Positions 25,071 to 35,362 of a DNA stretch of 64,000 nucleotides are shown here, piece by piece. The position numbers were made by a program, and so were the translations under genes. The stretch is from Mobula hypostoma (lineage: Eukaryota): positions 60,080,001 through 60,144,000 of the forward strand of contig NC_086097.1 in NCBI RefSeq assembly GCF_963921235.1, in the 5' to 3' direction. Position 1 is the first letter of the stretch. Every line of letters starts with the position of its first letter. The notes below the pieces were generated by a model. It did no database searches, had not been told where the DNA came from, and worked only from the letters and a program-made list of their open reading frames with translations.

Positions 25071-25860
25071 CTTATATTTGTATATTCCCCATACAACTTC
25101 AGAATGCCCTGTAATGCTCTATGACAAATTAAATAGTTCCAAACTGTAATTATCATTCTAATGTGAGAAATATAGCTGTTAATTAGAGCAGAAGGTTTCA
25201 CAACTAATATTGTTGAGTGGCTTGATAAACTGCTGTGATTCCTTTGATGGTCGAAAAAATGAGTCCTCCAGCCATTCCAATAGTTATCTTTGATGTTGAG
25301 AGGCCATGGGGCAATCATACTGCACAGTACCACAGGGATAGCACAGCTCTAGTGACCAGGGTATTGTGAGGGTTGGTGAGCATTTAGTGACTCCTTCCAT
25401 ACTGTAATTCTCTGTAATTCTACAAGGCATTGCACCAAAATGCAAACATGAATTATTAGGCAAAGAGAGAGCCTGCGGTATGTTGAGTTGTTGGGTGAAC
25501 AATTAATAGTTATCGTTGTACTGCAGATCATGGCCTTTCTTGGGAGCTTTGCTATTGCTTGCTTGGAAGGTGGAGGGTGCTGATGCTTTTGGCTGAAATA
25601 AGTCGGGGAGGGGAGAGTGTTGTTGCTTTACTGTTGCTTGTGCGTGGGAGAGGGGAGCGGAGGCGGCTTTAGGGTTCGAACATTTCTTACTGTCACTCAT
25701 TTTTGGAATATTCTGTTTTTCTGGATATCTGTGATGAACAAGACTTTCAGGTTCTATATTGGAGACATTCTCTGACATTAAATCGGACTATTGAACTATT
25801 GAAGTGGGGATTGAACCGTTGGTCTGCTGACTGAGAGGTGAGGATCTCACTACTTAGCCA
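25071..25860 (-). mobile_element. Possible ancient DeuSINE-like SINE, interrupted by younger repeats
   Basis: tRNA-like head on the minus strand at 25802-25860 (tggctaagtagt...ggttcaatcccc). A decayed L2-type tail at 25071-25125. The middle is only weakly similar. Confidence 0.4.
25470..25802 (+). mobile_element. Non-coding retroposon 3' part with Rex-type tail
   Basis: Ends ...ttcaggtt...ctctgacattaaat...actattgaactattga, a short tandem tail. Confidence 0.5.
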
Positions 25861-26074
25861 TGAGAATCTATCAGAAAGTGCTAATGTATGATTGTTATGA
25901 TCCTGGAACGAGAGAGAAGTTAATCGGTGACTTTGATAAATATCCATTAAATTCATGCAACATTCATAGATGAATTTTACAATATGACCAGTACAGCTTC
26001 TGCTCTGTATTGATTGTGTTTATAGCAGAAGGAATACAAATTGTTGCTTTCTTTTAAATGCAAAGTCTTTTAAA

Positions 26075-29000
26075 GATTATGAACCCATGGTATTACAGGA
26101 AAGTTACTAACATGGTTAGAGCATTGGCTGATTGGTAGGAGGCAGCGAGTGGATATAAAAGGATCCTTTTCTGGTTGGCTGCCGGTGACTAGTGGTGTTC
26201 CAAAGGGGTCAGTGTTGGGACAACTTCTTTTTATGCTATATATAAAGGATTCAGATGATGGAATAGATGGCTTTGTTGCCAAGTATGAAGATGATATGAA
26301 GACTGGTGGTGGGGCAGGTAGTACTGAGGAAATAGGCAGGATGCAGAAGGATTTAGACATAAGATCATAAGACCATAAGACAAAGGAGCAGAAGTCGGCC
26401 ATTCAACGCATCGAGTCTGCTCCACCATTTTATCATGAGCTGATCCATTCTCCCATTTAGTCCCACTCTCCCGCTTTCTCACCATAACTTTTGATGCCCT
26501 GGCTACTCAGATACCTATCAATCTCTGCCTTAAATACACACAATGACTTGGCCTCAACTGCTGCCCATGCCAACAAATTCCATAGATTCACCACCCTCTG
26601 ACTGAAAAAATTTCTTCGCATTTCTGTTCTGAATAGGCGCCCTTCAATCCTTAAGTCATGCCTCTCGTACTAGATTCCCCCATCATGGGAAACAACTTTG
26701 CCACATCCACTCTGTCCATCCCCTTCAACATTCGAAATGTTTCTATGAGGTCTCCCCTCATTCTTCTAAACTCCAAGGAATACAGTCCAAGAGCAGACAA
26801 ACGTTCATCATATGTTAACCCTCTCATTCCCGGAATCATTCCAGTGAATCTTCTCTGTACCCTCTCCAACATCAGCACATCTTTTCTTAAATAAGGAGAC
26901 CAAAACTGCCCACAGTACTCCAAGTGAGGTCTCACCAGCGCCTTGTAGAGCCTCAACATCACATCCCTGCTCCTATACTCTATTCCTTTAGAAATGAATG
27001 CCAACATTGCATTCGCCTTCTTCATCACCGACTCAACCTGGAGATTAACCTTAAGAGTATTCTGTATGAGGACTCCCAAGTCCTGTTGCATCTCAGAACT
27101 TTGAATTCTTTCCCCTTTTAAATAATAGTCTGCCCGTTTATTTCTTCTTCCAAAGTGCATAACCATACACTTTGCAACATTGTATTTCATTTGCCACTTC
27201 CTTGCCTATTCTTCCAATCTATCCAAGTCTCTCTGCAAACTCCCTGTTTCCTCAGCACTACCGGCCCCTCCACCTATCTTTGTATCATCAGCAAACTTAG
27301 CCACAAAGCCATCTATTCCATAATTCAAATCGTTGATGTACAGTGTAAAAAGAAGTGGCCCCAACACGGACCCCTGTGGAAAACCACTGGTAACCGGCAG
27401 CCAACCAGAATAGGACCCCTTTATTCCCATTCTCTATTTCCTGCCAAACAGCCAACGCTCTATCCACATATGTAACTTTCCCATAATTCCATGGGCTCTT
27501 ATCTTGTTAAGTAGCCTCATGTGTGGCACCTTGTCAAAGGTCTTCTGAAAATCCAAATATACAACATCCACTGCATCTCCCTTGTCTAGCCTACTTGTAA
27601 TTTCCTCAGAAAATTGTAATAGGTTTGTCAGGCAGGATTTTCCTTTAAGGAATCCATGCTGAGTTCTGCCTATCTTGTCATATGCCTCCAGGTACTCTGT
27701 AACCTCATCCTTGACAATCGACTCCAACAACTTCCCAACCACCAATGTCAAGCTAAGAGGTCTATAATTTCCTCTTTGCTTCCTTGCCCCCTTCTTAAAT
27801 AGCGGAGTGACATTTGCAATCTTCCTGTCCTCCGGAAGCATGCCAGAATCTATTGACTTTTGAAAGATTATCGCTAATGCCTCCACAATCTCCACAGCTA
27901 CTTCCTTCAGAACACGAGGGTGCATTCTATCTGCTCCGGGAGATTTGTCTACCTTCAGACCATTCAGCTTCCAGAGTATTTTCTCTGTCGTAATTGTGAC
28001 TGCGCACAATTCTCTTCCCTGCTGCCCTTGAGTGTCCGGTATACTGCTGATGTCTTCCTCAGTGAAGACCGATGCAAAATACTCGTTCAGTTCCTCCGCC
28101 TTCTCCTTATCTCCCATTACAATTTCTCCAGCATCATTTTCTATCGGTCCCATATCTACTGTCACCTGTCTTTTACTCTTTATATACTTGAAAAAGCTTT
28201 TAGTATCCTATTTGATATTATTTGCTAGCTTCCTTTCATAGTTCATCTTTTCCCTCTTAATGACCTTCTTAGCTTCCTCCTGTAAGCTTTTAAAAACTTC
28301 CCAATCCTCTGTCTTCCCACTAATTTTTGCTTCCTTGTATGCCCTCTCCTTTGCTTTAACTTTGGCTTTGACTTCTCTTGTCAGCCACGGTTGCATCCTT
28401 TTTACATTCGAAAATTTCTTCTTTTTTGGAATATACCTGTCTTGCACCTTCCTCACTTCTTGCATAAACTCCAGCTACCACTGCTCTGCCGTCTTTCCCG
28501 CCAGTGTCCCTTTCCAGTCAACTTTGGCCAGTTCCTCTCTCATGCCACTATAATTTCCTTTACTCCACTGAAATACCGACACATCAGATTTCGGCTTCTC
28601 TCTTTCAAATCTCACATTGAACTCAATTATGTTATGATCACTGCCTCCTAAGGGTTCCTTCACCTCAATCTCTCTAATCACTTCTGGTTCATTACACAAT
28701 ACCCAATCCAGTACAGCCGATCCCCTAGTGGGCTCAACAACAAGCTGTTCTTAAAAGCCATTCTACAAATTCTACAAATTCTCTCTCTTGAGATCCAGTG
28801 CCGACCTGATTTTTCCAATCCACTTGCATGTTAAAATCCCCCACAATTATCATAACACTGCCCTTCTGACAAGCCTTTTCTATTTCCTGTTGTAATTTGC
28901 AGTCCACATCACTGCAGCTGTTTGGAGGTCTATAAATAACTGCCATCAGGGTCCTTTTACCCCTGCGATTTCTTAGCTCAACCCATAAAGATTCCGTACC

Positions 29001-30083
29001 TTCCAATTCTATATCACCTCTTTCTAATGATTTAATATCATTTCTTACCAATAAAGCCACGCCTCCCCCTCTGCCTACCTTCCTATCCTTCCGATACACC
29101 GTGTATCCTTGGACGTTCAGCTCCCAGAGACATGCATCCTCTAGCCACGTCTCAGTGATGGCCACATACCTGCCAATCTGTAGCTGTACGACAAGATCAT
29201 CCACCTTATTCCTTATGCTACATGCATTTAAGTATAACACCTTAAACAGATTAGGAGAATGGGCAAGAAAGTGGCTGATGAAATACAATGTTGGGAAATG
29301 CGTAGTCATGCACTTTGGTAGTAGAAATAAATGTGTGGACTATTTTCTAAATGCGGAGAAAATCCAAAAATCTGAGATACAAAGGGACTTGGGAGTCCTC
29401 ATACAGAACACCCAAAAGGTTAACTTGCAGGTAAAGTCAGTGATGAGGAAGCCAAATGCCATGTTAGCATTCATTTCAAGAAGTCTAGAGTATATGAGCA
29501 AGGATGTGATGCTGAGGATTTAGAAGGCAATGGGTGAGGCCTCACCTTGAGTATTGTGGACAGTTTTTGGCCCCCCATCTTAGAAAAGATGTGCTAGCAT
29601 TGGAGAGGGTTCAGAGGAGATTCACAAGGATGACTCTAGGAACGAAAGGGTTATCATATGAGGAACGTTTGATGGTTCAGAGTCTGTACTCACTGGAATT
29701 CAGAAGGATGAGGGGGGATCTCATTGAAACTTTTCAAATGTTAAAACGCCTAGACAGAGTAAATGTGGAAAAGATGTTTCCCATGGTGGGGGAGTTGAGG
29801 ACAGGAGGGGTGCCCTTTCAAAACAGATGCGGAACAATTTCTTTAGCCAAAGGGTGGTGAATTTGTGGAATTTTTTTGCCACATGAGGCTGTGGAAGCCA
29901 GGTTGTTGGGTGTATTTAAGGCAGAACTTGATAGGTTCTTGATTGGACATGGCATCAAAGGTTTCGGGGAGATGGTCAAGAACTGGGTTTGAGGAAGAGA
30001 GAGAAAAAATATCAGTTATAATTGAATGGTGGAGCAGACTCGATGGGCCAGATGCCAATTCTGCTCCTATGTCTTATGGTCTA
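26075..30083 (+). mobile_element. 5'-truncated CR1 (26075-26359 plus 29242-30083), split by a younger CR1
   Basis: SGWLPVTSGVPKGSVLG...MQKDLD rejoins RLGEWARKW across the insertion. Ends ctgctcctatgtcttatggtcta. Confidence 0.9.
26360..29241 (-). mobile_element. Young CR1 LINE, nearly complete ORF2 with frameshifts
   Basis: Near-identical by eye to 13322-15846. Tail repeats at 26360-26381. Imperfect TSD ttagaca/ttaaaca at 26353-26359 and 29242-29248. Confidence 0.95.
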
Positions 30084-31469
30084 AATGCAAAGTAAAAATA
30101 CCATCTCGCTTATTTTTGAAAATTTTCTATGGATGGGCCAATCAGGTTGGCAAATTACAATAATGATAAAGAAAGAAGGTGGAGTTAGAACATCACGTTC
30201 AGTTCATTGAAAATGTTCTCTTCCCAACAGAGGACATTGCTTAAGTAGGTCATTTAATTTTTAATATTCCTTTACTTTATCATGCTGCTAACTAAGTGTG
30301 ATATCCTTGATAACAACCTTGAAAGCAACCTATTGTGTTTTCACAGTCAATTGCCACTGCATTTCTACTTCTATTAACTTCTGACTTCAGAGGTTTATTC
30401 ACCAAATCTCCCTTTCTTAATAGTAATCTATTCATCCTCCAAACATTTCATTGTCAATTCTTGATAATCAGAATATAAATGAAGCATTTTCAGAAGTAGT
30501 TATTTCTAGCTAATATGTATATCTATAAACATAATAGCTTATTCATACAAATTACTAAGTGGTTAATACAAATGATCACACAAGTTTCTTCGTGAACTTT
30601 GAAGTTTCAATTAATGCTGTTAAGAAAACAGAAGGCTTTGATTACAAAATGTTATAAGCCTGAATTTAATCTACCAAACTGCATGGAAAGCTTTTGCTCA
30701 CATGATGCCGAAGTAGTTAGGAGAGGGATTGGTGAGTGGGTGAAGGGTCAGGAAGATGGGTGAGCAAGAGGTGAGGGATTGAATAGAGAAGAAAAGATGA
30801 GTAACCATCAAATGAATGAGAGATTGTTGCAGAATGATCAGAGAGGGAATGATTTGAAAGGATCTGACTCAGTGAGTGATTCTTCTGAGCCTACTAGCTT
30901 CCAGCCTTGTAAGAAAGGAAAGACAAATAGTTAGGGTTGTAATTGCCAGTCAATTCAATGGACAATCCAGTTCATACTTCCAGTAATGTAAAGCATGTGG
31001 AAAAAAAAAGTCAGTCAGTCATTAATACTTACACATACCCCCTAAATTCTCCTTGGACATCTACAAAGTCATTTTTAGTGTATAGCTCTCATACGTCATC
31101 CCCTTTCACAGCCACTCTGGTAACTTCCTGATGTGTCTGTGCAAACATGCACAATCAGCTTGACTTTGAACTTGTGTTCTGTGTTGAACTGCACATGTGC
31201 ATTTGTATAAGTTGTTATCTATCTTAGACGTTAGTACCAACAGAAGTTAATAACCTCAAACATGTATTTTAGTGTGAAGTTAAGGCCACGGTTATTATTA
31301 TTCAGCAGTGTGAATGCGAGTGAATCCCATTATAACTAGATCATAATCAGACAGTCTCCAGTTACACCATTTGACAATAGCAATGAGAAGTATGGATTTA
31401 ATAGCAATTGTTCCAAAGCAATAAGTTCTATATATGGGCCTAGTAGATTAGGGAAACATCCAACAAGAG

Positions 31470-32086
31470 GCCAGATATATAAGTATTTGGATTAACAGGG
31501 ACTGATTATGAATAGTCAACATGGCTTTCGAATTTGAGTTTGTATCTGATCAATTTTATGCAGTTTTTCGAGTAAGTTACCAGGAAAGTTGATAAAGTTA
31601 CAGCCATGGATTTTGTCTACATGGATTTTAATGAAGCCTTTATCAAAGTCCCACATGACAGGTTGATCTAGAAAGTTCAGTCACTAGGTACTCAGGATGA
31701 TTTAATAAATTGAGTTAGACATTGGCTTTACGGGAGAAGTCAGTGAGTGGTAGTAGGGATATGGACGGGTGAGACAAGAACTAGAGGTCTTGGGTTAAGG
31801 ATGAAAGGTGAAATGTTTAAGGGGAAGGAACATGAAGGGGAGCTTCTTCATTCAGATAATGGAGACAGTGTAGTACAAGCTGCCAGTAGAAGTAATGGAT
31901 GTGGGTTCAATTTCAACATTTAAGATAAATTTAAATAGGGCCATAGACAGGAGGGGTATGGAAGGCTGTGGTCTAGGTGCAGGTCAATGGGACTAGGCAG
32001 ATTAAGAGTTGGGTACAGACTAGATGGGCCAAAGAGCCTATTTCTGTGCTGCAGTATTCTATGACACTATTACTCTATGACTCTAT
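31470..32086 (+). mobile_element. Decayed, internally deleted CR1 3' part
   Basis: Motifs SQHGF and VYMDFNEAFIKVPH. 3' tail ...ctatgacactattactctatgactcta. Confidence 0.8.
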
Positions 32087-33495
32087 GGGCAACAAACTGT
32101 CAGCGAGAAAGAGATTCTATAAAGGCAGGTGATTCAGTCTAAACTTTGTTGCGAAGGGAAAGTCAAAACAAGTTCACAGTAAGTCCAGTTGTAGCAGTTA
32201 GGAGTGGAGGGGAGGAGTCAGCAGCTGTTTGAAAGTTGTTTTTGTTTGAAAGCTCTTTTGGCCAGTTCTTTTATTTTGTCTTAGCAGGTATAAAAGAGAA
32301 GCAGGGTCCAGTAGAGGGGCTATCTTGGAGTAGCTATTTTTGGGAGTGGTTGTGTAAGTGACACAGTTGAGTGTCAGTTCTGAGGTTTGATTCAGGAGGC
32401 TTTGGTGAGAGGAGGATGAGCAGGTCTGCGCAGATGAGGTTTTCCTTAGAATAATCATTCCTATTAGAGTAGCTGGGATGTCAGCTGGTCAGGGCAATGG
32501 TAAACTCCTCCAGCTGGACATGGGAGATCAGGGAGACTGCCAGTGTCTCTGGTGACTTCACCTCGAGGAGGTGTGCCCAGCTGCAGTTTCTGATTGACCA
32601 TATGAAGGAAAAGGAGAGTCAATAGTTAGAGGGACAAACAAGAGATTCCATGACTGCAAAAGAGACACCAGGATGGAGTGATGTTTTCTGGGTGCAAATA
32701 TTGAGCATGTCTTAAAGTTGCTGTCGAACATTCTTAAGGGGAAGGGTGAGCAGCTGGAGGTCATAGGCAGCAATGGTATATGTAGGTAAAAAAGGGTAAG
32801 AGATTCTGTGCAATGAGTATAGGGAATTCAGAAAGAGGCTGAAATGCAGGGACTCAAAGGTAGAAATTGCTCAATTACTCCTGGTGCCAGATGATAGCCA
32901 GGAGAAAAATACAAAGAAATAATTTTCAGGGGGCAGTGTTTCAGGTTTCTGGATTATTAAAACCTATTTTGTGGCAGAACAAGTGGGACAGGTCACACCT
33001 TTACTGGAGGGAAACCAATATCCTGGCTGGGAGGTTTGCCTCTATGCCTCAGGAGGGTTTAAACATAGAAGTATGATGTTGTGGCCATAACAGAGACTTG
33101 ATTGAAAGAAGGACAGGAATAGATGCTTAGTATTCTAGGGTTTTGATGTTTTAGAAAAGATGGAAAAGTGATAAGAGATGAGAGGAGTTGCACTTTTAAG
33201 CAAGTTGATATTATACAGCTGCACCTAGAGGAGTCATAATGGACAACCCATCTACTGAGGCTATATGGGTTGAACTCAAAAGTAAGAAAGGTGCATTCAC
33301 ATTGAAAGGATTATGTTACCGAATGTCAACCCCCCTCCTTAGCCACTGGGACATTGTGGAACAAATATTTAGGTAGATTAGGTTAAAAACAACAGGATTG
33401 TTATTGTGACGTCAACTTCCCTGGTACAGGTTGGGACCTCCTTAGTAAAAGAGGGTTCAACAGCGTAATATTTGTTAGATGCATCGAGAAGGGGA

Positions 33496-33813
33496 TGATG
33501 AGAGATCTAAGCGAGGATGGTTAGGACCAAACTGCTGGATTATCTGAGACTAGAATCGAGCTATGATACAAGACTGAACAAAGACACCGTTCTAAAATAT
33601 AGATGCTAGAAGAGAATTCAAAACTGAGCTGATGATTGAGCACCAAACCTCATTTCAGATGCTCTTTAAATATTAAATTCGGGCACCAAAACATGGCTGC
33701 CAATTAGTGGGACGGCCTGAATCTTTAGAGGAGCCACGCCAGCTGTCCATATTCTGGAGAGTTAGAGCATCTAAACTCGGAAGCTGACACTGCTGGGGGT
33801 GCATGTCACAACA
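33496..33813. mobile_element. Possible solo LTR inserted in CR1
   Basis: A non-CR1 block with TG...CA ends (tgatgaga...tcacaaca) interrupts the endonuclease region. No clear TSD. Confidence 0.4.
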
Positions 33814-34009
33814 AAGAGTTAATAGTCCAACTAAAGGAGGTGCCGTATTTACCTACTATTGGCTAATGATCATGGTCAAGTGCCTCACCTCTCAGTGGGA
33901 TAACAGTTAGGGAACAGAACCCGAGGGGGAGCTTCTTCACACAGAGCGAAATGGAAGTGTGGAATGAGCTGCCAGCCAAAGTGTTGGATGTGGAAATGGA
34001 TTTAGTGCT

Positions 34010-34478
34010 TTCGCAGTTTTGATGATGAATCCAGCCAGATATAGGTATTGATTATAACTGACGTTTCAATGGCACATTCTATCATCTGTATCAGGGTTGA
34101 TACCTAGGCATGTCTAATCCAGTGATATTTATACCCCCATCGTCCATCGCTCCTGATAGGTTAATCCTCATCCTTCAGGTTTCTGCTGTTCCACTTCATT
34201 TACAATCGAATTCCAGTTCTTACACAGAGCGAGACTTTCGTCTTTGTTAAAATTCTTTTCCTCCAGTGTTATTTCAATGGCTTCCTTCATCGGCGGTCCC
34301 AAAAACCATTGATATGGCACAGTAGTTTGGTGCCATTGAAGTTAATCCTATGGCCGTTGCGAATGCATCAGTATCAAGTATCAGGTATCATCCCTGATGA
34401 AGATGGCGGGGGTTGTCATCGAAACCGCAGTTAAAATCGATACCTGTACCCGGCTGAAAGCCCGAGAAGAGTTTATTC
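34010..34478 (-). mobile_element. Truncated Penelope-like element with an inverted pLTR pair
   Basis: The minus strand encodes a GIY-YIG C-terminal-like peptide (CIRNGHRINFNGTKLLC...KEAIEITLEEKNFNKDESL). 34025-34100 and 34388-34465 are inverted copies of each other. Confidence 0.8.
34388..34432 (+). ncRNA. Hammerhead ribozyme motif (cleavage site decayed)
   Basis: CUGAUGA (34394-34400), then A-GAUGGC(GGGGGUU)GUCAUC, then GAAA (34421-34424). It is followed by CCGC, where the inverted copy has CGUC. Confidence 0.55.
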
Positions 34479-34570
34479 TGGTTGGGCTTGGGTTCAAAAG
34501 TTTCAATAGGTAGGGGACATGGAATGAAAGGAATAGAGGTGTGATGGAGAGCAGTCAATAAACACACTCC

Positions 34571-34572
<2 letters not shown>

Positions 34573-34604
<32 letters not shown>
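34573..34604. repeat. (AC)n microsatellite
   Basis: About 16 uninterrupted AC units. Confidence 0.95.
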
Positions 34605-34607
<3 letters not shown>

Positions 34608-35344
34608 CTTTTCACTCTGCTGTCACTGCAGTGAGTGTACGCACATCAATGTCTTCCCCAGTATATTCTCAGAATTAACCCACTGCTTCCCCCCACATTG
34701 CTACATACATTCAGAGCCAGACACTACAGTTTAGCTTAATTTCCTTCTTTATTTATCCTTAACTGAAGTGTGCGATTGTGTTGCCTGACCTCCTGTTTCA
34801 TGCTGTTTTTCCCCCCAGCAGTTCCATGGCTTCTGCTGGGTGCTAAGCCAGGTAAATGTATTTGGATTGGCTCTGTGGTGCCTTTCCCGCCATACACAGC
34901 AAACTATTTGATTCCTTTCGTAGTGGAGATGTGTAAATGTGTACACGTTGTTTGTAATGTAGATGCTTCTGTTTGTTTTGTAATATGATTGCAATTACAT
35001 TGTGGGGTGCATTTAATTCATGTGCAGTCTTAAGTTAACTTTGTTAATTGAAGATGTTGTGTCCTAGTGCCTATCAAAGGAACTCATTGCCCTCAGGATG
35101 AGGGAGAAAAAGGGGCTGCCCGGAGCTCACATTGGACAGGAGTAAGGATGGAGTAATTGCTGTGTTTCTTGGAGATATCATTTTGTAAATATTGGCATTT
35201 TAGTTTTACTGTTTTTGCAAATTTTCACTAATTTTTAAGTTTAATTTTTGACACACTTAACAAACACCCTTGCACTAAAGTGCTAAGTGACTAGCCATTT
35301 TTTCTTTGATAAATTCAAAGGTCATAAGTCATGTTTTTAACCTA

Positions 35345-35362
35345 TGGTGACAGCGGTAGGAT
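35345..35362 (+). promoter_or_regulatory. Primer-binding site complementary to a tRNA-Leu 3' end
   Basis: tggtgacagcggtaggat versus the expected TGGTGGCAGCGGTGGGAT (16/18, expected sequence recalled from memory). It lies between the putative LTR and gag. Confidence 0.75.

Larger units (their letters stand above)
32270..34539 (+). mobile_element. Decayed CR1 retaining ORF1 (zinc finger plus SGNH esterase remnants), with nested insertions
   Basis: ORF1 motifs MWEIRETASVSGDFT..RCAQLQ, GESIVRGT and TNILAGRFA. Endonuclease pieces at 33070-33495 and 33814-33915. 3' pieces at 33915-34000 and 34480-34539. Confidence 0.75.

Noticed and set aside
28734..29523. Overlapping 191-aa and 140-aa ORFs on opposite strands
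   Set aside because: Chimeric read-through across the junction of two oppositely oriented CR1 copies.
30715..30860. Purine-rich GA tract
   Set aside because: Low complexity with no periodicity, ORF or element boundaries.
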